In this document: piece by piece, positions 25,901 to 39,785 of the stretch
How the letters are laid out: the number at the start of each line of letters is the position of its first letter
Numbering within the stretch: the stretch's first letter is position 1
NCBI RefSeq assembly: GCF_006345805.1
Contig: NC_042997.1
Span: 128,774,001 to 128,838,000 of the forward strand
Reading direction: 5' to 3'
From: Octopus sinensis
Lineage: Eukaryota
Length of the DNA stretch: 64,000 nucleotides
Program-made: the position numbers and the translations under genes
Notes under the pieces: model-generated
What the model was told of the DNA's origin: nothing
Databases searched by the model: none
What the model saw: the letters and a program-made list of their open reading frames with translations, nothing else

Positions 25901-28687
25901 TTTTCACTTTCCTTACTGAAATTTATATTCTTCACTAATATACAACAATGAAAGTTACACACACACACACACACAGTGTGTGTGTGTGTACATGTATGTG
26001 TGTATGGGTACAAACTGAACTTTTATGACTGTAAAGCCATAACTTTACCCAATAACAACCAACCTATCTTTTATATTCAAATTATAATGTATTTAGGACT
26101 ATCATCCTTGCCTTTATCATTCATGCCCCTATTGCTCACCACTCAATCACTCTCTCCTGTATTCAATCTCCCTATACTCTGCTGAAAGTATTAATAAGGA
26201 TGACATTAGATCTCTTCTGCTCAGTTTCAAGTGTAATATGAGAAACTACTGGACTTAATTGAACCACTCACTAGCACTCCACACCCTCCTTCTCTCATCC
26301 TCATCCACTTTGCTCTCTCAGCCATCTTGAGGCATACGCATAAAGTACCTCATCAAATATCCATGTAACCCACACACTCTACCTATACTCTTCCCTTGGC
26401 CATTTAGTATCAACACACATTCACTATCACATTTTATCCACCTCTTCTTACCCATCATGTTCTCACCCCTATTCTTTCTAGTAGTTGTCTTGATAAAATG
26501 AACTAGGGAGCACTCCATTAAGTGTGGAGTTGAGAGAACTCACTAGACTTGTCAAAGACATGACAACCTTTGTTGTGCTGATACCACACTTCATAGAGTG
26601 TACTGAGTGCACTTCATACACTTTATAAAGTGGTTGGTGTTAGGAAGGATATCTAGCCAAAGAAAAAAAGCAAAGCATTAAAATAAACAAGATTTGGTCT
26701 TCCAACTCATCTAGTAGAGCAGCAAAGATTTGCCTAACCCATGCTTTCATTGTAAACAGATGATGATTGTGATGGTAGCATTTACTGCTATTTTCAGCAT
26801 GTTGAGTGTCCTCATAAATATTCTCTTTCCTGGTTTGATTTGATTGATGTTCATTGTTGATGTTAATGGTTATGCTACAGAGTCCCAAATTAATTTAATT
26901 AGTCACATCCAAAATTTGGTAACAATTAATCAAATATCCTATTGTGATTTATAAAGCCAGAATTCCAGATATAGCTTGGCTTTAAGATCCATTTTGACAT
27001 TGTTTATTTTCTTCATCTTCAGAAAAGCAGCTTCCAATGTATTGGGATTTGAACACAGAACAGCTAACTGCAAATATCTCTTCAACTATAAAGACTCACT
27101 CATCATTTCTGCTCTTGAACTAAAACATCCTCTTTCCAGCTATTTCATTAGAATTTATTAAATTTTACAATTCTATTAACCTTTTGCTTTTTTAATTATC
27201 TTAAAAGCTTTTAAAACAAAATACTTAGAAATGATTAGTATTGATATATATATTAATCATTATTAACATGTTAACTTACCACAGAATTTAGAAAAATAGG
27301 AGAAATCTTAGAAGGAAAAATATCAAGTATTTTCCATCAAGAAAGTGTTTTCTATTATTGATGCTTTCTCACAGTATTCTTTGTAGCTTGTCTTCTTATT
27401 CGATCCACTTCACAGCTACAGCTCAGTTCTGATTGAAAAATAGCCTAAGATAACAGGCTGACAACAACAGTTACGAATATAAGAAAATAGTTTCAGGTTT
27501 TGAAGTCTTTGTGTGCAAAAGAAAAAGATTCCCTAATCTCTAAAGACTTTTGAGCATAGTTTGTTTATAAATAACCTTAGATAAACATGTTTGCCTTGCA
27601 CCAATGCACAATGAATAAACAGATGACAAAACACTAATTCATTTTAGACAATATTTTATACTTCAAACAAGATTTTTTTTTCTCTAAAGACCCTCCAGAA
27701 TATTTCGACATTCTTTTCATCTATTTTCGTAGACATTGAGTAGAAATTTCCTGTTTTATGTTAAGTTTTTGACAGTGCCAATTGTTGCAGGATATGATAA
27801 TTTACTTCCAAATTTTGCTAGAGTTTTTGCTAGATTCATAATATTGTATTGTTAAAATGGTTGTCATATCATACCATGTCAACATCATCAGCAACATCAC
27901 CATCATTTTATATCTGCTTTCAATGTTTCTTTGGGTTGGATGGGTTGTCAGAAATTTAATCATATTTTTATTTGCAGTTACTACCCTGCTTCAGGAAATA
28001 TTTTACTTGTATGTTCCACTTTTGGCATGATTTTACAACCAGATGCCCTTTTAATATCAAACACTTTACAGAGTATGTTGGGGTGCCACCAGCACTAGAG
28101 TGGTTACTAAAATCCCAGAAAGTCTAAAAATTTCTCTTTGCTTTATGTTGTTTCTGTTTATTTAAGGTAATGTAACAAGGAGGGTCTATAGGAGAGTGAT
28201 GAAAGAAGGTACCAGGATGTGAAAGTGATAAAAGAGAGATTATGATGGGGAAACAATGATAGGAAATAAGAGGTTGCTAAAAGAGGTGCTGGAAGAGAGA
28301 CAGTGATGGGTTGCAACATGCTGGTATAAAGATTGGATAGAAAACAGTATTAGCTGTGTGATGGAGAAGAGAGAGTATGAACAGGTCTGCTGTCATGCCT
28401 CATTACACACAGGTGTCACAGTGGGAAAAAGGTAAAAGAGATAGAGTAATGAAAGGTAATGGGAGGAGTTGAATACAGACAGATCCAATGCTATTATTTC
28501 TTAACCGTTGGCATGGTAATGATAGAAGAAAGAGAGAATGATAGATTAGAGGGAAATGAAAATTGAAGTGTGGATCTCTGATCAGAGAGAGAGAGAGTGT
28601 GTCATAATTTACCAACTAACAAAGAGGGTGGAGCAGTAGATGTTGGACACTTAACAGGAGCAAAATAAATGAGAGATCCCTACTCCC

Positions 28688-29620
28688 ATCACCATTTTAA
28701 TGTCATACTTGTATGGGTAGATGGGTCTTCTCTTGTGCCATGAATCACTACAAACTGTGGTTTTCAATAATTTCTTTCATATGTTTCAGCTTCTTAAGAT
28801 AAGTTTTCACACTTGGTTCCATATTTCCTAGATCTTCCTATTCCACAGGTTCCATTTATCTGAACCACTTAGGTCTTCTTTATGCAAATGACATTCTTCA
28901 TATGCATCACATGTCCATACCAGTGCGGTCTTCTTTGCACACTAAATCTAGTTGCTTTTATATTCAGCTTTTTTTTCTCTCAGTCCATTTGTGTGCCATC
29001 ATTTATGTATGCTAAGATTATATATCTAGCAGCACATGCTCAATTCAATTTTGCCTTCCATTCTCAAATCCTCCACATTAAAGGTTTATGTCTCTCTACT
29101 ATGTAAAATTGCACTTTGTATAATCTACCCTTTCACTTACAAAGAGAAACATTTTGTTATGATTAGAGATAAATAGTTCCCTTGTTATGATTAGAGATAA
29201 ATACTTCCTTGTTCTAACTTCTACTACCCAACTGCATTGCTAATTAGATCACCTAGGTAACAAAACTTGTCAATTCCTTCTAAAGAGCCTTCCAAACATT
29301 TTAAAGCCTCTGTTTCACATGTACTCTTACTACTGACTTATCCTGTGCATTTGTCACCCAATCCCTCTTGTACATCCATAGTTTACACTGAGTACACTGG
29401 AATTTTTAATTCTTTTCTATGTATCAAGCACAGCCATAACCTTGATGGCGGCAGGAATCTGTTTTCTTTTTTACTTAGCAAAACTTTAATCTATATTAAA
29501 TTCACTGTAAGGCTCTTTGGTTCTATGTCTAGCTTCCCTGTCTGGAATTTCTTCTACAGATTTGACTAAAAGAGCTTGGTCATTGGTATATGGAAATTCC
29601 CACAGACAGCCTGTCTGAAA
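28688..29620 (-). mobile_element. Decayed RTE-clade LINE ORF 3' half
   Basis: Minus-strand motifs CTQCKLWMYKR, GSLEGIDKFCYLGDLIS and RRPHWYGHVM are typical of the RTE post-RT region. Many stops are present. Confidence 0.8.
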
Positions 29621-31719
29621 TTTCTGTAATGGCCTGAAAGGCCATAATAAACAAGAAGCCACTATTCTAACTGCATCTCTGTTCTGACAAAATTAGCTTA
29701 CTCTTTAGTAATTACCATTTAGAACTTGAAGTAAAGAAATATATTCCATTTCCTCTAGATTAGATTAATGAAACAATTTTAAATTTCAGTATTTGGTAAG
29801 ATGTTGAAAGTAATGATTTTCTCCTGTGAATGCATGAAATTAATTATAAAACAGATTTATTGAGGTCACATTTAGATTGAGAACTCATTTCTTTTTTTTT
29901 TTTACTTAGAATTCTTGCACATATGCCATCATCTTCATACCTATACCTATTTTATTGTACTAACATAAGTTAGACAGGTCTATAGGACATCTTTTAAGGA
30001 ATTTTCTTGTCTCATCTCATTTGTGATTTAACTTCTTACAATGTCTTTTGATATCCACAAACCAAGTGAAAGAAGTATCTATGTTGTCTTTTAGCCTGCC
30101 AGTAATAACAGCCAAATCACTTTCAAATTACACCCTACCACCTTGAAAAAGAAAAGTATGTTACAATAATGTGATCCTACATACATTATGTCTGAATAAA
30201 GGACAAGATGGTCTTAGAATAAACACTTTGATTACAAATCTACTCAAACAGGCTTGATCTGGGGTTAAACAAACGTTTATATATCTATGCCATATACCAT
30301 CTTTCCTGCCTAAATGAAGCACTATATTTGATGCCAAACTCGCATATTCAGCTGTTTCTCTTAATTCTTCACAAAAGCAAATCCTGTGTATTACTGCAGA
30401 TGAAGACCTGTCCACATTTCATGACCATACATCATATTTCTTCAAAATCTCTCATATACTTCACTAGGAAACAATAGCAGAACGTAGTACTGATACCATT
30501 TCCAGAGCTCTAATGAGGTTAATGTAATTAATGTTTAGATACAACTTATTGTTGGGTGATGTCTGTAAGAAGAAAAGATTGCAAGGTTTAGGGATAAGGC
30601 ACTACTACTCACATCACAATTCTATTATCCATATTGCTACTGCAACACTACTACCCATGCTACAATTCTACTTTATTCAACAGAATTACTACTCTTACCA
30701 TAACATATATTACTCTTTAACAAAAGAACATTACTAAGAACATCTCAACACCTCTACCCATACTAGTATCCACACAACAACAATACTCCCCATGTTATAA
30801 TGCTACTGTCCACCCCACAAAATTACTATCATACTGCAACACCACAATGCTACCACCCATACTGTATACGACCACACTACTACCCATGACAATCCTACTA
30901 CTCACACTACAACATGATAATCAACACCACAGCACTGCCACACTACTATCCATACCACAACCCTAGGATGCACACATGCATACTCACACACACTCATATT
31001 TAATACATACTTTTACATAATACACTAACAGATCTCACTCAAAAACTCACACACATATACCACACAATCCACATACACACATACCACCCTCTTACAGGCT
31101 ACAAATAAAAGTACATACACAGCACTCAACAAATAAAGGGTGATGAATTGGCAGTCATTAGAGCATCAGACAGAATACTTCACAATATTTTTGGATTCAA
31201 TTCACTGCACTTTGAGTTCAAATCCCACTGCAGTTAACTTTGCCTTTTATTGTGTCAAAGTCAATTAAAATGTACCAATCAAGGCAATGGATTAGCAGAA
31301 TTGTACAAACATCAGATGAGATATCTTGCAATATATATTCTAGTGCTTTGCATTCTGAGTTCAAATCTGATTCAGCTATTTGGATGGTAGATTTCACCCA
31401 TTTCCCAATTTATTTATTATGGCTATTTGGAAATTTGGATGCCTTTAGTAGGCATTCTGGCCAAACTACTTGTTTGAGGAAACTTTCCTCCCTCCCTTTT
31501 CTGGTCTCAGAGGCCATGCAACAGGTCATGGGCACTGCCTTCCCTTTTAACTAAAAAGATATACAGTACCCACAATGCATGTAAATGTCTTCTATAATGC
31601 ATCATTGTATTCTATAATCTTTTTTTGTACAAGAGAACTAAAGAGAGTCTCTTTTTGTGGCTGCTCAATCTAATAGAAATAATAGTCAAATATTTCTCAA
31701 CTCCTTAAAAATGGCTTAT

Positions 31720-32235
31720 ATAACACAACACAGTGTTCTAATATTTTACATAATACACTTCTGTGGTCTACTATCATCTATAAGACACCACAGTTTTCTA
31801 CTGTCTTCTGTAATACACCAGTGTTCTTATATCTTATATTTCAAAACTCAGTGTTCTAATATTTTATATAATAACCAGTGTTCATTATATCTTACATAAC
31901 ACACAATTGTAGTCTACTGTCTTCCATAACACCACAGTGCACTACTATCTTCTTTGATATACTTCAGTATTCTACTGCCTTCTATAACACACCACTATGT
32001 TATACCATTTTCTTTGACACAGCACTATGTTCTAATATTTACCGTAACACACAAGTGTTTATTGTCTTCAAACACACATGTTCAACTGTGTTGTGTAAGA
32101 CACCACGATATACTAATATCTTCTATAATATACTACAGTATAATTCTGTCTTCTGTAGCACACCATAATATTCTAACATCTGCTCTTACACTCCACCACT
32201 GTGTGTATTGTCTTCCATATCACACCATGTTGTAA
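31720..32235. repeat. Degenerate ~30-bp minisatellite (TTCTATAACACACCACAGTGTTCTACTGTC-like)
   Basis: TTCTA..TCTTCT.TAA.ACAC motifs recur at ~30-bp spacing. Confidence 0.8.
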
Positions 32236-34977
32236 TCAAGTATTAAATCAGTCCTGCTGAGAAATGCAGAGTTTATGATAAGTGAAGTCATTGAACTAAT
32301 ATAATTCTGCAATATATTGTCCAACTATATTAAACACTATACCATTTGGCACAAATTAAAGAATTTCTGCATTTGAAATGAAGTGGAATCTGACTCCAAT
32401 GTTTTTTCCCCCTTCTTTTCAATAGTTTTTCTAATTTTAGTAAACATCATTTTTCTGTTTCCTAAAATTCTTTTTATTCTCGTTCATGTTCTTGTTATTG
32501 TCTTCAAAATCTGCTCTTTGAAGCCACTGTCCTCACACCACCCCTCCATCACCTCATTGCATTCAGCAGCCTATTTTGGTGCCTTTAGCTGCAAATGGGC
32601 CATAATTGTCTTGTATTCATATTGACGGAAGACACTAATACAGCCCAGTTAAATTTTCATGTTAGCATGTTTCCTGAATCATTAATACAAGCCACCTGCA
32701 CCTTCCTCTTGACCTTTTACCAACTTTTCTCTCCTCTTCACACAAAACTCAACTTATTTCCTTTCTTGTTTCCTTCTTTCATTCAACTTTATTAATATTT
32801 TCTTTTTTTTTTCATCACTCTTCAGTTTTCTTCCTCATCTTCTTCTTCCAGTTCCTTTTTCACTTATGTAATCTTTCTTTGATTTTACATCCAGACAATC
32901 TTGTTGTTAGCTCAACCCTACTTAGTGTCAAACGTTTTACAATAATAATTATACCTTTCGGGTTTTTGTCATGTCTTTTCTCACAGCTGACATATGTCTA
33001 GCTGCCATTTTGCAGAAATTATCTAAGTGTCTTTTATTCTTTACAACATTATTTCCTCTGTTCCTTGAAGTTTTGCTTCCATTTTATTTCAAACTATTTC
33101 AATAAATGATATTAGAAACTATTTTTTTTTCACCTTATTTAGTCAAAGGAGGTGGAGCAGTGTTCATGACCTCCCAGAATAGTGAGTTTGATACAGTTAA
33201 TGTTCAGGGCTTTTGCTGGAATCAGAACTATAAATTTGTACAATTGGAAAGTAACATAAAGAAGTTGACACTTCACATCAGGCACTGTTAAAATCTAAAA
33301 TATAACTTGTTACTTTGTCCTTAATCTATTCTATATTTAGATTGTAGGAGATAAATAGTTGACTGGTCACACTGTATCAACCTTTTTTTTCTTCTATTTT
33401 TCTATATTTGTTTAGGGAACATTTACAGATATTTTTGGTGGGGAAACACCCTATTTACCATTCCATACCAGACATAAAGTTTTTTACAAAATAAAAAAAG
33501 CATGTTTCTTCTATTTGTTACTTATTTTAAAAGTAAAGTTCAGTGAAGTAAATTAGAGGTGAGTGAGTAGAGTAAAGGTGAGTGGTACTGAGTACAGGTA
33601 TAGTGGAATAGAGTAAATTCACACATGTGAAAGTCTGCTCATCAGAATAAAAATGAACACAAAAGGGAGTGCAGCTAAGTGGAGGTAAATTCAACAAAGT
33701 AACAGTCACGTGATGTCAACACACACACACACACACACACACAAATATGATAGGCTTCTTTCAATTCAGTTACCAAATCCACTAATTCACACACAATGCT
33801 TTGATCAGGGCTACAGTAAAAGAAACTGGCCTAGATGCCAGGCAGTTAAGCTGAACCCGTAACTATAGGGTTGGAAAGCAAGCTTCTTTGCCACATAGTC
33901 ATGTCTATGTCTGTATGATATACCAGTAATAATATATGAGCAATATAATAGCAATGTTTAGTGATATACCAGTAATACACCAATAATATACCAGCAATAT
34001 TCCACCAAAATGCTAGTGTTGTTGTGTCAAGTCAATAAATTAAATTTCATCTTTCGTTAAAGACTTATATGCAAAACAAAATTAATATTCCAGGATATTT
34101 TAAAGATCTTTTCCTTGTTGTGCTGGGCAGGCTATTCCTGTATGGGAATTCCACCCTGAAACTATCCCTCATTCTACTACATAACTTATATCACAGATTA
34201 CAATAAATATCTCTATAGATGAGAAGAATTTTAATCGTTTCATAATGTTTTGATGTCTTAATAATTGCAAAACAGGCACACATGCATGCACACATACATA
34301 CACTTATGCACACACACAGACAATGAGGAATTTATGTATGCATGCATAGGTGTGTATGTATACACACACATACACACACTTATATATGTACAAAGAGCTG
34401 TGAAGAAAATTGTGGGCAGTGGTACCTTATTAAAACTGCCATTAACATTTTAGTTCTGATTTGAAATCAAAGTTCATCAGAATGTCCAGATTTAATGCCT
34501 TAACCTTTTATCTTTGATGCCATGTTTTCAGTTTATTTCACTTTTAACATTTCCGACCCATCTTTCATCAAAGACTCTTTAACACGACTTCTCCACTCCC
34601 CGCCTCACTATATTACACATTCTTTATCTTGTTGCTGTTCCTTCCCTCACTATTCACCCTTTCCACTTTCTAACCTACACATGCACACACATATAGATGA
34701 TTACTTTCCCACATCTTTCTCCCTCATTCTTCATCTACCAACCCCCTTTTATCACATCATTTTCACCTATGAAGAGGATATTTCAGTATCTATTCACTTA
34801 TCCTAGTGTAAGTCCCATTAACTGTGACCTCCAAAACTCAATAACTCATTACACCTGACCTCTGACACTGTTTAGTGCTGCCACCTGACTGTTTAACCCT
34901 TTGGGGTTTCTTTGGTCTCTTATTTCAGACTTTTCTAAAATCTTATATACAAAGTTACTTTCTTTCTTTACTTGCAG

Positions 34978-35149
34978 ATGTTGAAGAATGCAATGGCCTA
35001 GCTGTCAACTGGGTCACTAATCATCTTTACTGGACTGATGCTAAAACCAGTCGAATTGAGATGTCAAACTATGATGGAAGAGGTCGCCGAATTTTGTTTG
35101 GATCTGATCTAGACCAACCAAGAGGAATCATTGTAGATCCAATGTCTGG
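34978..35149 (+). CDS. Internal coding exon of an LDL-receptor-family protein (YWTD beta-propeller; LRP4/LRP5/6-like)
   Basis: Polypyrimidine tract plus TTGCAG acceptor (AG 34976-34977) and GG|GTAAGT donor (GT 35150-35151). The 172-nt open frame reads (D)VEECNGLAVNWVTNHLYWTDAKTSRIEMSNYDGRGRRILFGSDLDQPRGIIVDPMS(G), with the canonical GLAVxW..LYWTD..RIE...DG..R..L....LDQPR.I.VDP pattern. Intron phase is 1 in, 2 out. The paralogue cannot be fixed from one exon. Confidence 0.95.
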
Positions 35150-36849
35150 GTAAGTCAACTCAACTTCTGGGTTTAATCAATATTTTACAGTCTGAAGTTG
35201 ACCATTTCTACTCCTAAAGATCTCTGAGAGACAAATTTTATTTATCCATTGAAGGCATAATCTTGCAATTAGAGAATCTTTGAATGTATATATATATCAA
35301 TCCATTTAGGAACTGTAATGGACATTCACTATTTGTTTGTAATGTAACATGTTGCTTGGAAAGAAGTGTGACTGCCAAGGAATATTGCATTCAACTTGCT
35401 ATCCAGTTTTGTTATTATGTCAATTATATAATGTAAAGGGCAGTTTAAAAACAATCTTCTGCTATTTTCTTTCTCACTAATTTTCTCATTCTTCCATCAC
35501 TACTTATTAACAAGAAATGTTTCAGTTGTAGCTCTCTGTATTGTTGCTAGTTTAATTGTTTCCCATTTTGGATTATATTGCTTACTATTGTCTGTTTGAT
35601 TGTTTAAACAGACCATTGTGAACTTGTAATGCTCACAGAAACATAATTTTCTATCTTATTTAACCATAAACATAATATCACTTAGGCAACAAAGTACCAA
35701 TATCAAATTGCCATCTGTGTGTTCCAGTTGAATACTTTCTTCACAAGTGGAGCTACTGGACACTGAAGATAACAAACAAAATAGAAAACAAATCTTTTAT
35801 CTCTGTGTTTGGTAGATTCTTTTTCTGTTATCAATGTTTTTCATTGCAATCTTTCAAAAGTCTGAGAATAGCTTTCATTTGATCCAAAAGAATACTTTAC
35901 ATTCTAGTTAAGCCTGAAGCAGTTAAAAGACAATTGTTTTGTGTTTATTTACACCTTGTGTTAATAATGTAAAATATATTATTTGTGAATTTTAACTTCA
36001 CATATTTTTCAACCTGTGTCTTTAATTTCTGTGGACATTTTATCACGTTCAGCTGCACTTCATCAGAACTAGAAACAAGATTATATCTATCTTGTTTTAG
36101 AAAGTGAACTTACATCTCCCTCTTCCTCTCAACATTCTAAACATTCATACTGGGTTGTTTTTTTTAGCTCAAAATTATATGAAATGATATCCAGCATTTA
36201 TTTCTATATTTCTTGCCATATTCTTTCCATATCTTCTATGATAAATAGTCTCAGTACACTCTGTAAAGTGGTTGGCAAATAAATATGTCAGGTCAGGGTC
36301 CAAAGGACTCTTTCATCTTGCCAAGAGCATGACACTATCTCTAGTACAGGTGCTATATAATAAAATGTACTCAGTGCACTCTATAAAGGGGTAGATGTTA
36401 GGAAGGTCATCCAGCCATAGAAACCATGCAAAAAAAAAAGAAACATAAGAGTGGGACAGGGTTTCTAACCCATCTAAGAGGGTAGTAATTCCAAATAAGA
36501 ACTAACTTGGACCATGACTACTTCTTCAACCCATTCCAGCATAGAAACTAAATGTAAAATGATGATGACAATTTCTCCCAATATTTCTTATATTTAACAC
36601 TTATATTCTAAACCTTTAGTCATAAAATGCAGCTGAAGTGGATAAATGGTTTACTTGCTGTGTTGCTCTAAAATGCTCACCAGGATCCTCTGTTTCTCTA
36701 CAGGCCTTGTTAATATGACCTAAGTACCACTTCCACTTCATATTGCAGTAACAGCTGTTATGAAGGACATTGACCAAACAATTCAAACTAATGTCACTCT
36801 AAGCTTCCAAGATTTAATCACATAAAATTAATGTTATTTCTCTTTGACA

Positions 36850-37175
36850 TGTCACTGCTGCACACATATATTTTAGACTACATTAAAAAGAAAACCTCCA
36901 GACTAATTGGCATGGAGTTCTTCCCTAGTACACTCCAGCCTTTGACCCAATACTAAGCAATCTTTGCTTCTCAAAGATAGCTGGTTCCAAGCTATCTTCT
37001 TCTATGCCCACATAGCTTACACATCTCTCATTCTTTGAGCATATTGTGTCTAACCATCTCTGGGCCCAGCACTAAACCCTAACCATAATTCTTCCTCCCC
37101 AGTACCAATACTCTGGAATTTTCCCCTTACTTGCAATTGTTCTTGCAGTTGTTCAAGAATATATTAATCTCAGCT
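36850..37175 (+). mobile_element. Decayed CR1/Jockey-like LINE 3' remnant
   Basis: ILDYIKKKTSRLIGMEFFPSTLQPL and a later LWN...LQLFKNIL segment resemble the LD.IQ.RA.RLIG..LQPL.HRR...LWN.LP C-terminal region. Confidence 0.5.
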
Positions 37176-39186
37176 GTCTTGAAGACAAATTGGCAGAGTC
37201 ATTAGGGCATAAAACAAAATGCTTTGTTGTATTTGTTCCAGCTCTTTTCACTCTGAGTTCAAATCCCACCAAAGCCAACTTTACGTTTAACCTTTAAGAG
37301 CTCATAAAATAAAGTACCGGTCCAGGGTTGTGAATTGGTGTTACTGTTAGAACATTGGACAAGATACCTTGTGTTCCTAGATACCTTATGTTCCTAGACT
37401 TTACATTCTGACTTCTTAATCCCTCACCTGCTTAGTTCTTACATATTTTTAGCAACATTCTCGCTTTTGTGCACATTCAGGCCCAAACCTCTGGTTTAAG
37501 GATTATTTCCTTCTCTCCCACCATTCTTGCAGGCATTAAAAACAATATTTAGAAACAGTTAAGGGTACTGCTCTTTCTTCTTTGACAAAGCAATGAAAAC
37601 AAAAAGACCTAAAGAATCTACAAAAGCTATGAGCATCACTCCATCCTCCAGACCAGCCCATTTAAAAAAGTATATGTTATGTCCTTTATAAGTCATGGCA
37701 TTCTTAACCTGTGTTATAGACTTATTTAGTTAGTAATACACCATTTTATGAAGAATGGAATAAGCAGAGCAAGAGCACACACAAAGATGGAAAGTGTCAC
37801 TGAAGAGGTCACAGATGTGTGACGAAAGGTTTCCAGACAATGGACATGAGTTAGAATAAGAACAGTAATAAATAAATGAAAAACGAATATATAGTGCATG
37901 TGTTTATTTGGCAAAAAAAATACAACAATATCTGTTTCAACACACGACTTCATATCAGGAATCTTGCAACACAAATTCATAAACGTAACCTCATTTCACT
38001 TTACCTTATATTGTGGATTTATTTAACTCCCCTGAGATATTAGAGCAAAGGTTAACAGCTGAACATGTATCCTTCTTATCCTTGATTACTTAACTCTACA
38101 GTATTAACATTTTCTTTTAAAATAATTTGACCCCCACCAAAAAGTTTCAACTGTTCTAATACAGTTATATTATCTGTGTCATGATTATATCCAATCTTCT
38201 GATAAAAGTATTTCTCAGCTTGTCTGAGAATGGTTAAACGAAGCTGATAGCAGCTTAAATTCTACTTAAATTGCTTTGATATATTGTGATATGTCTGACT
38301 TGGAAAGGTTTGTTGACTACTAATTAATTATCTTCCATAATTATCTTCTAGTTATAATTGAAAACTAAATTGGATTTTCTATTAAACAAGTAAAATTTCT
38401 TCCTATCAGCCAGACATCAATGCTGAATGAGGGGAAAATTGCCTGAAATATCTCATGTTCTATTGCTTTTTAAATATCATCTTTACTGTTGTTTTCATCG
38501 ACTTTCTCCTCCTTCTCCTCCAACGTCATCATAGACATTATCATCATCATCATCATCTGTTAATATGTATCGAAGAAAAACAACTCTTATCAAATAATAA
38601 TTGCTTAGTTATGTCTCTTGCACTCTTCCTTCAGTACATTAACAACTACCTGCTGTTACTTCTAACAACAAAAACTCCGTTACAGATAATATTTCTCTCC
38701 ACCCCACTTCAACCTTTTACATACATGCAGCCTAGACATGTCACACCAGACATGCACTATCTGCACGATAAATGAAACCTGACAAATATCACCCAACAAG
38801 GATACCACTAAATCTCTATTTTTCTTGAAAAAAACTACAGATACAATCAGTACATATGTCAAAGAAATAAGACACTCTATATGGATATTTGACTTCTAGA
38901 AATAATAGCCAAATCTCCCTTAAATCATATCCTTGCCATCATAAACCAGAAAGGCATAAGGGATTATGTAAACCGAAATACACCAACTAAAACAGAAGAC
39001 AGGATGATCATAGTTGAATTGCTTTTGATAATAGATATTTGGGGCTAGGATTGACATGGAACTTAATAACAAAAACAGCAACAAGAATTCTGTAACTCAC
39101 CTTCTATACATTTGAACTCATTCACCACTAGACATGCTGTACCTCACAATCTCTGACAAATAATCATAATTACCTTGATAATAACT

Positions 39187-39234
<48 letters not shown>

Positions 39235-39534
39235 ATATATAAATTTATATAAATAAGGATAAGATCGTTATTTAAATATCGAACTTATCAAGTAGCCAGC
39301 ATGGGAATAAAAACCTTCAAAGGTAATAATTATTATTAAAATTATAATTTAGGGTATCTAAGAGATACCAGGTGCTGTATGAACTTTTAATGTGGTTTTA
39401 GAGTCAAGTTTTGGCTGCTATTTCAAGTGTGATGGTATCTCTCATATAACCTAAATTATAATATTATATATATTATAATATATAATTATATAATTATAAT
39501 ATTATATATATATATAACACAAGTGTGTGTGCAT

Positions 39535-39785
39535 AGGTATAGCTATGTGATTAAGGAGTCAACTTCACAACCACATAGCTTCATGTTCGATCCCACTGTG
39601 CAGTAACTGAGGCAATTGTCTTCTACTATATTGCCCTATACTGGTGTGTGTGTGTGTGTGTGTGTCTGTGTACTTGTAACCACTTGATAACTGGTGTTCA
39701 CCTGTTTATGTCCTTGTAACTAAGCAGTTTAGGAAAATTCAAGACATAAGTACTGGAGTTAATTTTATAGACTAAACCCTTCAAT
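39535..39785 (+). mobile_element. tRNA-headed SINE, diverged copy
   Basis: Head with GTTCGATCCC B-box, GGCAATTGTCTTCTACTATA body, (TG)n and ACCACTTGATAACTGGTGTT, collinear with 45576-45931. Confidence 0.7.

Noticed and set aside
29154-29213. 28-bp tandem duplication (similar ones at ~5568-5650 and ~37362-37398)
   Set aside because: Ordinary slippage duplications, with no sign of function.
34875-34977. N-terminal part of the 92-aa track ORF as coding sequence
   Set aside because: It lies upstream of the acceptor at 34976-34977, includes the polypyrimidine tract and has no YWTD similarity, so it is intronic.
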